Source: Bacteroidales bacterium (GTDB lineage: Bacteria > Bacteroidota > Bacteroidia > Bacteroidales > WCHB1-69). Taken from it: a stretch of 56,191 nt of DNA. The notes beneath the pieces were generated by a model. That model ran no database searches, was not told where the DNA came from, and worked only from the letters and a program-made list of their open reading frames with translations. This document shows positions 7,851 through 17,190 of this stretch, in pieces. The stretch spans positions 1 through 56,191 of the forward strand of contig JAZLLH010000059.1 of assembly GCA_045598025.1 (NCBI GenBank). The letters run 5' to 3'. Numbering within the stretch: the first letter of the stretch is position 1; each line of letters opens with the position of its first letter. Made by a program: the position numbers and the translations under genes.

Positions 7851-9986
7851 ATGCGGAGAATATCTTTTGTGATGTGTATGTGCTTCTTGTCTTTCGGCTT
7901 GTATGCACAGGATAAAGTGTTTGATTTGGGTGACCTGTTCTCCAACGGCAATCTGGCCGCAGGAAAGGTAAACCAGTGGCAATGGTTGCCTCAGAGCAGC
8001 GATATGGTGTATGTGCAAGGCAGTTCGCTGATGAAACGCACTATGCCTTCTGGCAAGGAAACTGTGTTCGTTACTTTGGAAGAAGTGAATGCTGCCTTGA
8101 AAACCGCCGGTTTGGGGACTTTGCGGAGTTTTCCGGGTATGGCGAAATGGACTTCTTCCACGGAGTGCTATTTCCGTGTTAAGGAAGGTTATGCCGCTTA
8201 TGATTTGGGTACAGGAAAAATCTCCCGTGTCATGAAAACATCGGTACCGGATGCTGAAAATCTGAAAGTGGATTTTGCTCATGCCCGTTTTGCCTATACC
8301 ATTGGTGACCACCTGTTTGTCTGTAAAGCAGGGGAAGAAGCGGTGCAAATTGACAAGGACGGGGCCAAGGAGGTGAGGTACGGACATGTGCCTCATCGCA
8401 ACGAGTTTGGAATAGAAAGCGGTTCTTTCTGGTCGCCTGGCGGCCGCTGTCTTGCCTTCTACCGCATGGACGAAAGCATGGTGACGGATTATCCGTTGGT
8501 AGAGGCTCAGGGCCGCATTGCAAGTCTAAAGAACATCAAGTATCCGATGGCCGGTATGACTTCTCATGAGGTTACATTGGGTGTGTACGATCTGGAAACG
8601 GGTACAACGGTCTACATGCAGACGGGCGAGCCCCGGGAGCAGTTTCTGTGCAGTGTCACTTGGACACCGGACGAACAGTATATCCTGATTGCCTTGCTGA
8701 ATCGGGAACAGAACCATTTGAAATTGAATAAATATAATGCGAAAACGGGTGCTTTTGTGCAGACTTTGTTCGAAGAAACAAACGACCGTTACGTAGAACC
8801 TTCCGATCCGATGTATTTTCTTCCGAAGCAACCGGATCAGTTTTTGTGGGTCAGCCGTAGAGACGGTTGGAAGCATTTCTATCTGTATGATCTTTCCGGC
8901 AAATTGTTGAAACAGCTGACTTCCGGACCTTGGGAAGTGAAGAGTTTTGCCGGTTTCGACCAGACGGGAAGCAAATTGTTCTTCACCTCCAATAAAAACG
9001 AAATCACGGGAGAGCAGTTCTATGTACTGGATATGAAGAAAGGAAAGATGCAGTGCATTACCCCTGAAAACGGAACGCACAATGTGCAGCCCAATGCTTC
9101 CGCTGATTATTTCCTGGATGTGTACAGCAGCATTTCCCAGGAATCCCGTTACGTGCTCCGTGGAAAAAACGGGGAAGTAAAGGAAACACTATTGGACAAC
9201 AAAGGGTATCTGAAAGCGTATGCCATTCCGGAAACCCGTATTTTCTCCATTAAAAATGCAAACAATGACGATTTGTATTGCCGCATGATCCTGCCCGTGC
9301 ATTTCGACAGCACCCGAAAGTATCCTGTGTTTTATTATGTCTACGGTGGCCCCCATTCCCAACTGGTGACGGATAGTTGGCTGTCCGGAGGCTGGTTCCT
9401 GCAGTATATGGCACAAAAAGGCTATATCGTTTTTACCTTGGATAATCGGGGTACCAGCAATCGGGGATTTGAATTCGAAAGCTGCATTCACCGTCATCTC
9501 GGCGATTATGAAGTGGAAGACCAGATGTGCGGTGTGAATTATCTGCGCAGCCTGTCCTATGTGGACACTTCCCGCATGTCAGTGGATGGCTGGAGTTACG
9601 GAGGATTCATGACATTGAGTCTGTTTACCCGTCATCCCGGTGTGTTCAAAAAGGCAACGGCCGGTGGCCCTGTCATTGACTGGAAGTATTATGAAGTGAT
9701 GTACGGAGAGCGCTACATGGATATGCCGCAGGAGAATGCCGAGGGCTATGAGAACGCCTCTCTGCTCAACCGGGTGGATTCCATACAGGGCGATCTGCTG
9801 ATTTTTCACGGAGCTCAGGATGGAACGGTGGTGTGGCAGCATACGTTGCAGTTCATTACAAAATGTATTGCCAAGGGGAAACAGGTGGATTATTTCATCT
9901 ATCCGACTCATGAACACAATGTGATGGGAGCGGAGCGCCTGCATTTATGGAAAAAGATAGAAAAATTCCATCAGTATGAAAATTAA
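7851..9986 (+). CDS. S9B family peptidase (dipeptidyl peptidase IV / prolyl tripeptidyl peptidase-like)
   Basis: Signal peptide LYA|QD; DPP-IV N-terminal propeller (NEFGIESGSFWSPGG, YPMAG); catalytic GWSYGG, QDGTV, YPTHEHNV. Confidence 0.92.
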   Translation: MRRISFVMCMCFLSFGLYAQDKVFDLGDLFSNGNLAAGKVNQWQWLPQSSDMVYVQGSSLMKRTMPSGKETVFVTLEEVNAALKTAGLGTLRSFPGMAKWTSSTECYFRVKEGYAAYDLGTGKISRVMKTSVPDAENLKVDFAHARFAYTIGDHLFVCKAGEEAVQIDKDGAKEVRYGHVPHRNEFGIESGSFWSPGGRCLAFYRMDESMVTDYPLVEAQGRIASLKNIKYPMAGMTSHEVTLGVYDLETGTTVYMQTGEPREQFLCSVTWTPDEQYILIALLNREQNHLKLNKYNAKTGAFVQTLFEETNDRYVEPSDPMYFLPKQPDQFLWVSRRDGWKHFYLYDLSGKLLKQLTSGPWEVKSFAGFDQTGSKLFFTSNKNEITGEQFYVLDMKKGKMQCITPENGTHNVQPNASADYFLDVYSSISQESRYVLRGKNGEVKETLLDNKGYLKAYAIPETRIFSIKNANNDDLYCRMILPVHFDSTRKYPVFYYVYGGPHSQLVTDSWLSGGWFLQYMAQKGYIVFTLDNRGTSNRGFEFESCIHRHLGDYEVEDQMCGVNYLRSLSYVDTSRMSVDGWSYGGFMTLSLFTRHPGVFKKATAGGPVIDWKYYEVMYGERYMDMPQENAEGYENASLLNRVDSIQGDLLIFHGAQDGTVVWQHTLQFITKCIAKGKQVDYFIYPTHEHNVMGAERLHLWKKIEKFHQYEN

Positions 9987-10014
9987 TCATGTTTAAACAT
10001 AAAAATCTATCAAA

Positions 10015-10506
10015 ATGAAAAAGTTAGTATGTGTGCTGTGCCTTTGTGCACTGGCCTTTGCTTCCTGCAAAGAAGAACCGAATGATGACGGAACTCCCAA
10101 AGTGTCGTATAACGGAACCTATGTAGGTGAGTATACTTTTGGAAAAGGTGATTCCACCAAAAACGGGAACATCGTGGTTATCAATAATCCTGTGAACGAC
10201 GGCATATTGTTGTACGGAATACTCCCCTTCAAGAAAACCGATACGACGGGATTTTTCCGTGCCAGTTCAGCTACTACAGAAACTATGGTGAAGGTACTGA
10301 CGGCTATTGGTATACATCTGCCCGCCGGAACGTCGGATGCATTGAGAAACCTGGATGCGACGGCTGCTTTCCGAGACGGAGTGCTTACCATGAAAATGTC
10401 TTATTCTATTGAAATTCTGGAAGCCCAAGTGGATGTAAATATGCTGCAGTTCGTTGGAACCAAAAAATCCAAATTGGCTGACGAAGAAAGCGAAGGAAAC
10501 GAATAA
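10015..10506 (+). CDS. Hypothetical lipoprotein
   Basis: MKK + hydrophobic stretch + lipobox FASC; A-rich initiation region; own terminator downstream. Confidence 0.75.
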   Translation: MKKLVCVLCLCALAFASCKEEPNDDGTPKVSYNGTYVGEYTFGKGDSTKNGNIVVINNPVNDGILLYGILPFKKTDTTGFFRASSATTETMVKVLTAIGIHLPAGTSDALRNLDATAAFRDGVLTMKMSYSIEILEAQVDVNMLQFVGTKKSKLADEESEGNE

Positions 10507-10530
10507 TTTCCATCGTTTGTTACCAAAGTC

Positions 10531-10574
10531 AAAAAGAGAGTCAGGTCGGCTTAAGCCGACCTGACTCTCTTTTT
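10531..10574. terminator. Bidirectional terminator; perfect 44-bp palindrome
   Basis: AAAAAGAGAGTCAGGTCGGCTT|AAGCCGACCTGACTCTCTTTTT between convergent genes, with U-tracts on both strands. Confidence 0.88.
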
Positions 10575-10592
10575 ACGCTTATCGGTTCGAAT

Positions 10593-11525
10593 TTATATTC
10601 TTTCTTTGATTTTGTACTGGTTGCGGGTAGGAGAGTTCCGGCAGATGAGTTCACCGAGGAATCCGGCCAGGAACAGCATGGTACCCATCAGTATGAACAG
10701 CATGGATACGTAGAACCACACACTATTCGTCAGAGCGATACGACCACACAGACGCATCGCGCACACAATAGCGAAGGCTATGAATCCGAGCAGGAAGGAT
10801 GTAGTGCCTATCAGACCGAAAAAATGCATGGGCTGCTTTCCGAATTTGGAAATGAACATGATGGTAAACAGGTCTAAATAGCCGTTGACGAAGCGGTTCA
10901 AGCCGAATTTGGTGGTGCCGTATTTGCGTTTTTGGTGTTTGACTACCTGTTCACCGATTTTGGTAAAGCCTTCCCATTTGGCGATAACTGGAATGTATCG
11001 GTGCATTTCGCTGTACACTTCAATGTTCTTGACGACTTCCTTTCGGTAGGCTTTCAGTCCGCAGTTGAAATCATGCAAGGGAATTTTCGACATGCGTCGG
11101 GTGGTCCAATTGAAAAATTTGGACGGAATATTTTTGGCTATTTTGGAATCGTAGCGCACCTTTTTCCATCCGGAAACCAAATCGTATCCATCTACGGTGA
11201 TTTTATGGTACAGACCCGGAATTTCCTCGGGACTGTCCTGCAGATCGGCATCCATGGTGATGACGACTTCACCTTGCACAGCCTCAAATCCGACATTCAG
11301 TGCGGCCGATTTGCCGTAGTTCCGTTGGAAACGGATGCCGTGGATGTTGGGGTTTTCCTGTTGCAGGCGGCAGATGGTTTCCCAAGAATGGTCGGTGCTT
11401 CCATCGTCCACCATGACGATTTCGTAGGTAAATTGGTTTTCCTTCATTACCTTATCTATCCATGCACTCAGTTCGGGCAGGGATTCTTCCTCGTTCAAAA
11501 GGGGTACGATTACTGAAATATCCAT
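10593..11525 (-). CDS. Glycosyltransferase family 2 (ArnC/DPM1-like polyprenyl-phosphate glycosyltransferase)
   Basis: MDISVIVPLLNEEESL, VDDGSTD, RNYGKSAAL, TMDADLQD, HDFNCGLKAYR, two C-terminal TM helices. Start moved to ATG 11525, downstream of the -7 box. Confidence 0.9.
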   Translation of the reverse strand: MDISVIVPLLNEEESLPELSAWIDKVMKENQFTYEIVMVDDGSTDHSWETICRLQQENPNIHGIRFQRNYGKSAALNVGFEAVQGEVVITMDADLQDSPEEIPGLYHKITVDGYDLVSGWKKVRYDSKIAKNIPSKFFNWTTRRMSKIPLHDFNCGLKAYRKEVVKNIEVYSEMHRYIPVIAKWEGFTKIGEQVVKHQKRKYGTTKFGLNRFVNGYLDLFTIMFISKFGKQPMHFFGLIGTTSFLLGFIAFAIVCAMRLCGRIALTNSVWFYVSMLFILMGTMLFLAGFLGELICRNSPTRNQYKIKERI

Positions 11526-11553
11526 GTTTTTTTTCTTAAATTTTTTGAAAGTG

Positions 11554-11561
11554 CAAAAGTA
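11554..11561 (-). promoter_or_regulatory. -7 box (TACTTTTG) for the GT2 gene
   Basis: TAnnTTTG on the minus strand ~30 nt from the ATG. Confidence 0.6.
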
Positions 11562-11604
11562 ATAAAAAATCAGATAGGATATGCAAAGATGTTGTATTTT
11601 CAAT

Positions 11605-11612
11605 TATCTTTG
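11605..11612 (+). promoter_or_regulatory. -7 box (TATCTTTG) for the MoxR operon
   Basis: TAnnTTTG followed by CA; divergent partner of the 11554 box. Confidence 0.6.
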
Positions 11613-11683
11613 CAGTTCTGTAAAAAAGGTGATCTTTTTTCTGACAAATAATTAATACATAAACAGATAAGAGAAGACTATCC

Positions 11684-12661
11684 ATGGTATCGTATGCATC
11701 GGATGTGGAAGCGGTGAAGGCGTTCACAGAAAAATACGCTCAGTTGAAGGAAGAAGTAGGCCGTGTCATCGTCGGGCAGGATGAAGTGTTGAAAAATATC
11801 CTGATTACGATTTTCGGTCGGGGACATGTGCTGCTGATCGGTGTGCCAGGTTTGGCCAAAACATTGATGATTACTACGATAGCTAAAGCTTTAGGTTTGT
11901 CGTACACCCGTATACAGTTTACACCCGACCTGATGCCTTCCGATATCATGGGTACGGAAATCCTGGACGAAAACCGAAATTTCAAATTCGTCAAAGGACC
12001 GATTTTTTCCAACATCGTATTGGCCGACGAAATCAACCGTACTCCGCCCAAAACCCAGTCCGCCTTGTTGGAGGCCATGCAGGAACGCAGCGTTTCCGTT
12101 GCGGGAGAAACCCGTCTGCTGCCGGAGCCCTTTTTCGTCTTGGCCACTCAAAACCCGATTGAGCAGGAAGGTACCTATCCTTTGCCGGAAGCTCAGTTGG
12201 ACCGCTTTATGTTCAACATTTACCTGGATTATCCGACTTTTGAAGAAGAAGTCAACATTGTGAAAGGAACTATAGGTGGTGCATTGTATGAACCGAAGCA
12301 GGTGATTGACAAGGAGGAAATTCTGTATTATCAGCATCTGTTGCAGCGTATTCCCGTGGCCGACAATGTGTACCGGTATGCTGTCCGTCTGTCGGTGATG
12401 ACACGTCCGGGTACGTCCAATGCCCATGCCTGGGCTGACAAATATCTGGCCTGGGGAGCCGGCCCTCGCTGTTCTCAGAATCTGATTGTAGCGGCCAAAT
12501 GTCATGCTGTGCTTTCCGGAAAACTTTCGCCCGACATTGAGGATGTGCAGGCCGTTGCCTGTTTGGTGATGCGTCATCGTATAGTGAAGAATTACCGCGC
12601 TGAGGCAGAGAATATTTCCATAGAATCCATCATTGACGAATTTTTGAAAGTGCGCGAATAA
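11684..12661 (+). CDS. MoxR family AAA+ ATPase
   Basis: GVPGLAKT, RIQFTPDLMPSDIMG, LADEINRTPPKTQSALLEAM, ATQNPIEQEGTYPLPEAQLDRF. Confidence 0.93.
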   Translation: MVSYASDVEAVKAFTEKYAQLKEEVGRVIVGQDEVLKNILITIFGRGHVLLIGVPGLAKTLMITTIAKALGLSYTRIQFTPDLMPSDIMGTEILDENRNFKFVKGPIFSNIVLADEINRTPPKTQSALLEAMQERSVSVAGETRLLPEPFFVLATQNPIEQEGTYPLPEAQLDRFMFNIYLDYPTFEEEVNIVKGTIGGALYEPKQVIDKEEILYYQHLLQRIPVADNVYRYAVRLSVMTRPGTSNAHAWADKYLAWGAGPRCSQNLIVAAKCHAVLSGKLSPDIEDVQAVACLVMRHRIVKNYRAEAENISIESIIDEFLKVRE

Positions 12662-13122
12662 TGGATGCTTCGGATGACCGACCGTGCCGGGTGCGCACGC
12701 AGAATGGAAAAAAGGAGATATACGATCCGGTACGTCGCCGTTTCGTTGCATTGACACCGGAGGAAACCGTTCGGCAGTCCTATCTGCACTACCTGATTGA
12801 TGTTCTGAATTTTCCGCGAATTTCGCTTTCCGTTGAGAAAAAAATCGTGTACAACGGGCTGACCCGGAGGTATGACATTGTGGCTTACCGTCCGGATGCT
12901 TCGGCACTACTATTGGTGGAGTGCAAGGCCGAGTCGGTACCACTTTCCGGTGATACTCTTTACCAGGCGGCCATGTACAATCATGAATTGCAGGCGGATT
13001 TTGTGGTGCTGTTCAATGGAAAACGACAATGGGTCTGTGCCCGCGGGAAAGATGGATATCACCCGCTCTCTCAGTTGCCATCCTATGAGGAGGCTGCGGC
13101 TTATACCCATTCCGAAAAATGA
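12661..13122 (+). CDS. Type I restriction enzyme HsdR N-terminal domain-containing protein (stand-alone PD-(D/E)xK-like)
   Basis: IYDPVRRRFVALTPEETVRQ, RYDIVAY...LVECKA, YQAAMYN. TAATG overlap with the MoxR gene. Confidence 0.8.
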   Translation: MDASDDRPCRVRTQNGKKEIYDPVRRRFVALTPEETVRQSYLHYLIDVLNFPRISLSVEKKIVYNGLTRRYDIVAYRPDASALLLVECKAESVPLSGDTLYQAAMYNHELQADFVVLFNGKRQWVCARGKDGYHPLSQLPSYEEAAAYTHSEK

Positions 13123-13160
13123 TATAGAATAAAAAATAAATAAATAAAAACAGAAAACAT

Positions 13161-14075
13161 ATGCAACAGAAACCTGCTTTATTGGTATTGGCTGCCGGCA
13201 TGGGTAGCCGTTATGGCGGACTCAAGCAGATCGACAAACTGGGTCCGAACGGAGAAACCATTATAGACTATTCCATTTATGATGCGCTTCAGGCCGGCTT
13301 CGGGAAGGTCGTCTTCGTTATCCGCAAGAGCATAGAGGATGATTTCAAAGAAGTGATTTTCAATAAATACAAAGATAAGGCGGAAGTCGATTACGTTTTG
13401 CAGGAGTTAGACAGTCTCCCGGAAGGATTCCGTTGTCCGGAAGATCGGGTAAAGCCCTGGGGTACGGCCCATGCCATTTTGATGGCCAAGGATAAAATCG
13501 ACACTTTTTTTGCTGTCATCAACGGGGATGATTTTTACGGTCGTCATGCTTTTCAAACTCTGGCAGATTACCTGAAGTCTCTTTCTTTGACAAAGGATGT
13601 CGACATGTACAGCATGGTAGCCTACAAGCTCGCCAACACTCTCTCCGATAACGGGAGCGTATCCCGCGGTGTTTGTCGGAAAGATGCGCAGGGCTTTTTG
13701 AGCGGTGTCAAGGAACATACCAAAATCCAGGAAATCGAAGGAAATATCATCCATACCAATGAGGATGGAAGCATTGTTCATCTGGAACCGGATACCCTGG
13801 TCTCCATGAATTTCTGGGGATTCCATCCGTCTCTGTTTGCCCATTTGGAACGCATGTTCAAGGAATTTCTGAAAGAAAACATCAATAAGCCCAAGGCTGA
13901 ATGCTATATTCCGATGGTGGTCGATACGCTGATCCAGAACGGACAGGCTCGGGTGAAAGTGCTGAAGACGGATGCCGAGTGGTTTGGCATTACCTATCAG
14001 GAAGATCGTCAGGGAGTGGTGGATGCGTTCCGTCAGCTGTATGCGGACGGAGTGTATCCGGAATACCTCTGGTAG
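13161..14075 (+). CDS. Sugar-phosphate nucleotidyltransferase (NTP_transferase family)
   Basis: LAAGMGSRYGGLKQ, KPWGTAHA, VINGDDFYG, SMNFWGF, WFGITY. Confidence 0.85.
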   Translation: MQQKPALLVLAAGMGSRYGGLKQIDKLGPNGETIIDYSIYDALQAGFGKVVFVIRKSIEDDFKEVIFNKYKDKAEVDYVLQELDSLPEGFRCPEDRVKPWGTAHAILMAKDKIDTFFAVINGDDFYGRHAFQTLADYLKSLSLTKDVDMYSMVAYKLANTLSDNGSVSRGVCRKDAQGFLSGVKEHTKIQEIEGNIIHTNEDGSIVHLEPDTLVSMNFWGFHPSLFAHLERMFKEFLKENINKPKAECYIPMVVDTLIQNGQARVKVLKTDAEWFGITYQEDRQGVVDAFRQLYADGVYPEYLW

Positions 14076-14097
14076 AGGCTCGGACTATCCGGACTTG

Positions 14098-14871
14098 TCA
14101 TTGAACGTTCTGGATTTGTTTGTCCGGACATTCTGTCTGCTCGGAGTCAGCAGTCAGTTTTCTCAGACAGACGGAAGCGCACCAGCAGCCGAAAAGGGCA
14201 GTGAGGTAGGATATGCTTCCGATGCCTTCCGACGCCGGGGCATCCGCAGGACGTGCATGCTTGGTCTCGTCGGAAAAAACGACTTCCACACCCTTGCTGA
14301 TGCCGGCTTTGCGAAGTCGGGTCCGTACAGCGGCAGCGAGACCGCATTGGTAGGTTTTGGAAATGTCGCAGCAGCGAATGCGGGAGGGATCCGTTTTTTC
14401 ACCGGCTCCCATTGCACTGACAACAGGCAGTCCTCTGCGGACGCAGCATTCCAGCAGTCTGACTTTGGGTCCCACACTGTCAATAGCATCGATGACATAG
14501 TCAAAAGCACCGGCCTGCAGCACTTCATCCATGCGTTCTTCATTCAAAAATTCAGTCAGTAGGCGAATGTCCGCTTCCGGATTGATGTCATGGAAGCGAT
14601 CACGGAGAATTTCGGTCTTATAGCATCCAACGGTGGATTGCAAAGCCGGCAGTTGACGGTTGCGGTTGGTGTCGTCAATCCGGTCACCGTCTGCGAGCGT
14701 CAGCGTCCCGACGCCTGCGCGGCAGCACATTTCGGCTGCATAGGCACCGACACCGCCTAAACCCACTATCAATACGTGAGTCCGATTCAGTTGTTCTGTC
14801 TTTTTCTCACCCAACAGCAGTTGGGTTCTTTCCTGCCAATGTTTCTGCATGTTTTGGTTTTTTGCTTGCAT
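14098..14871 (-). CDS. tcdA: tRNA threonylcarbamoyladenosine dehydratase (ThiF family)
   Basis: VGLGGVGAYAAE, DGDRIDDTNRNRQL, IDAIDS, SAMGAG..DP.RIR..DISKT..CGLA..VR. Confidence 0.85.
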   Translation of the reverse strand: MQAKNQNMQKHWQERTQLLLGEKKTEQLNRTHVLIVGLGGVGAYAAEMCCRAGVGTLTLADGDRIDDTNRNRQLPALQSTVGCYKTEILRDRFHDINPEADIRLLTEFLNEERMDEVLQAGAFDYVIDAIDSVGPKVRLLECCVRRGLPVVSAMGAGEKTDPSRIRCCDISKTYQCGLAAAVRTRLRKAGISKGVEVVFSDETKHARPADAPASEGIGSISYLTALFGCWCASVCLRKLTADSEQTECPDKQIQNVQ

Positions 14872-14928
14872 TTCTTCCTTTCAGGGAAGGCTTTTTCTTG
14901 TCTTTAGAGTGATAGCCGCTCTGTTTTT

Positions 14929-17190
14929 TCAGAATTTCATACCCCAGTGCAGACTCCACAGGAAGGGGAGCTGATAGATTTTTTCATTGGTTTTCCGGCT
15001 GACGTAGAAAATATTGGCGTAATTATACACATTGGTCGCACCGATGCCGATTTCGGAACGTACTTTGTCGGAATGAATGAAGGTCCGGTTGAGGTTGATG
15101 TCCAAACGGTGATAATCCGGCAACTGTCCCTTGTTGAGCTCATCCAGCACTATGCCGGGGGTTTCGTTGACAGGGATGATGTCGGAACCTATGTCTGTGA
15201 TGTTGTCTATGTTGGGATACCATGCCTTGGTCTGTGTAAAGGGGAAGCCGGAACCGTAGTTCCATCTCAGACTGGCTTCCCAACGGTCGTTGCGTCCCCA
15301 GTGGAAGGTGGATGTGAGATTCAGGTTGTGGCGGCGGTCGAAGTGGGTCCGGTATACAATATTGCCGTCGTTGCGGTGAACCCAGTTCAAGGAGTATGCC
15401 AGCCAGATGTAAAGCTTTTTGTGATCGTATTTGAGGGAAATGTCTCCTCCGTAGGAGTTTCCTGTTTCCAACATGAATTCATCGTCCTCTTCAAACATCT
15501 GGTAGCGGTTGATGTTGGTCAGACGTGAGAAGTTTTTGTAGTAGGCTTCTATATTGGCGATCAGGTACTCGGTGACATCGAATTCCATACCGCCAACCAC
15601 GTGCTGACTTTTTTGCAGGCTATTGCGGATATTCTTTCCGGAAAGGGTTTCGGATTCCGGTACGGTGAGAAATCCGTAGAAAAGGTTGACCACATCCTGA
15701 TCCGAGGTGGCCCCAATGATATTCTGGGAATACAATCCCCCTGCCATTTTGAAACGTAATCGCTTGCTTGCCAAATATTTAATAGCAAAACGGGGTTCCG
15801 GTGAGGTTGCGTTTTGGGATGCATAGTTGTCCAATCGGAAGCCGGGTTCAAAAATCCACTTGTTCAATATCCATTTGTATTTGATATACAAGGCAATTTC
15901 GCTGTTGAAACTTCTTTGTCCGCAATCCACTCCATAGGCATTGGTAAATTCATAATCCAGCCAGGTCCCGGTCAGTTCTATCCCATACTTGAAGGCGTTT
16001 TTTCCCAGCAGGTAGGTGAATCCTGTGGAGAAAGAGAAGTCTTTAATGCTGCTGTGTCTGCCGAAATCAGTATATTCATCCAGATTCATTCCGTAGTTGG
16101 AATAGGCGAGTGTGCCGTCAACAATCAGGTTGGACGAAGAAGGAAGAATCATGAAATTGCTTCCCATTCCCCAGGAATTCCATTGATATCGGGCGATTTC
16201 AGGATAGTTCACCTGATCTGTGAAACAAAATCCGAATACATTGATACGGCTGGATTCGGATGTTTCAAAAGTAAGCTTTCCGTATCCGTCAAAGTAGTTA
16301 TAGGGAAGTCCGTCTTCTCCCGCATAAGGGTATAGGACTTTGGAAGTCTGTTCCAGGTATGAACCCTTGAGTGAGGTTAGAAAGGATATGGAGGTTTTGT
16401 CTTTTTTTGTGATTTTTTTCAGAGGACCCTCCAGGAGCAGTTTGGCTCCGAAGGTGCTGATATCGAATTTTCCTCCGAAATCCTTTTTGTTTCCGCTTCG
16501 GGTTTCAATATCCATTATGGAAGAGGTGCGTCCACCGTATTCTGCATTGAATCCGGCTGTGAAGATTTCCGCATCTTTCAGAATGTCTGTGTCGAATACG
16601 GAGAACAGGCCGATGGAGTGAAAAGGATTGTAAATGGTCATGCCGTCCAGCATGACTTTGTTCTGTATGGGCGTGCCTCCCCTAACGTAGAGTTGTCCTC
16701 CCTGGTCACCTGTGGAAACAATGCCGGGCAGAATCTGCAGGTATTGGGCCAGATCCGGTATGCCTCCGATATTGGGAATCTGTGTGATTTGTTTGGGCAC
16801 AACATACTGAACGGAGGCTCTGACTTCGGTCAGGCTGATCATGCGGTCGGCCGTGACAGTGGTGCCTTCCAACTGATACACGGAAGGCGATAGCCGATAA
16901 GTGTTTTTGATGATTTCGTCTTTCTGTATGCTGATCTGCGTAATCAAAGAATCGTATCCCACACAAAATATACGCACCTTGTAGGTCCCGGCCGGAATTT
17001 TGACGATGGAAAAGTGTCCATTGTCATCAGAAATGCTTCCTACTCCCAATTCCGGCAGGTATATGGAACAGTAGGAAATAGGCTCCAGAGTGGTTTCTTC
17101 AATGATATTTCCTCTGAAAATTCCTCCCTGTGCCATCAGGATGGAATGGAAAAGCAAGCTTAGTGCGGTCAGGCAGAGGATTTTTTTCAT
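14929..17190 (-). CDS. TonB-dependent receptor with N-terminal carboxypeptidase-like domain
   Basis: Signal peptide LMA|QG; plug motif QILPGIV..GGQLYVRGG...VMLDGMTIYNPFH; barrel motifs FDRRHNLNL, LPDYHRLD; terminal Phe. ATG 17190 overlaps the rnc stop (ATGA). Confidence 0.88.
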   Translation of the reverse strand: MKKILCLTALSLLFHSILMAQGGIFRGNIIEETTLEPISYCSIYLPELGVGSISDDNGHFSIVKIPAGTYKVRIFCVGYDSLITQISIQKDEIIKNTYRLSPSVYQLEGTTVTADRMISLTEVRASVQYVVPKQITQIPNIGGIPDLAQYLQILPGIVSTGDQGGQLYVRGGTPIQNKVMLDGMTIYNPFHSIGLFSVFDTDILKDAEIFTAGFNAEYGGRTSSIMDIETRSGNKKDFGGKFDISTFGAKLLLEGPLKKITKKDKTSISFLTSLKGSYLEQTSKVLYPYAGEDGLPYNYFDGYGKLTFETSESSRINVFGFCFTDQVNYPEIARYQWNSWGMGSNFMILPSSSNLIVDGTLAYSNYGMNLDEYTDFGRHSSIKDFSFSTGFTYLLGKNAFKYGIELTGTWLDYEFTNAYGVDCGQRSFNSEIALYIKYKWILNKWIFEPGFRLDNYASQNATSPEPRFAIKYLASKRLRFKMAGGLYSQNIIGATSDQDVVNLFYGFLTVPESETLSGKNIRNSLQKSQHVVGGMEFDVTEYLIANIEAYYKNFSRLTNINRYQMFEEDDEFMLETGNSYGGDISLKYDHKKLYIWLAYSLNWVHRNDGNIVYRTHFDRRHNLNLTSTFHWGRNDRWEASLRWNYGSGFPFTQTKAWYPNIDNITDIGSDIIPVNETPGIVLDELNKGQLPDYHRLDINLNRTFIHSDKVRSEIGIGATNVYNYANIFYVSRKTNEKIYQLPFLWSLHWGMKF

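Noticed and set aside
9989-10000. 12-bp palindrome ATGTTTAAACAT before the lipoprotein gene
   Set aside because: It is short, AT-rich and a single copy, so it is compatible with chance.
12661-13122. Type I restriction-modification system
   Set aside because: Only a 153-aa N-terminal-like domain is present: no helicase, hsdM or hsdS in the window.
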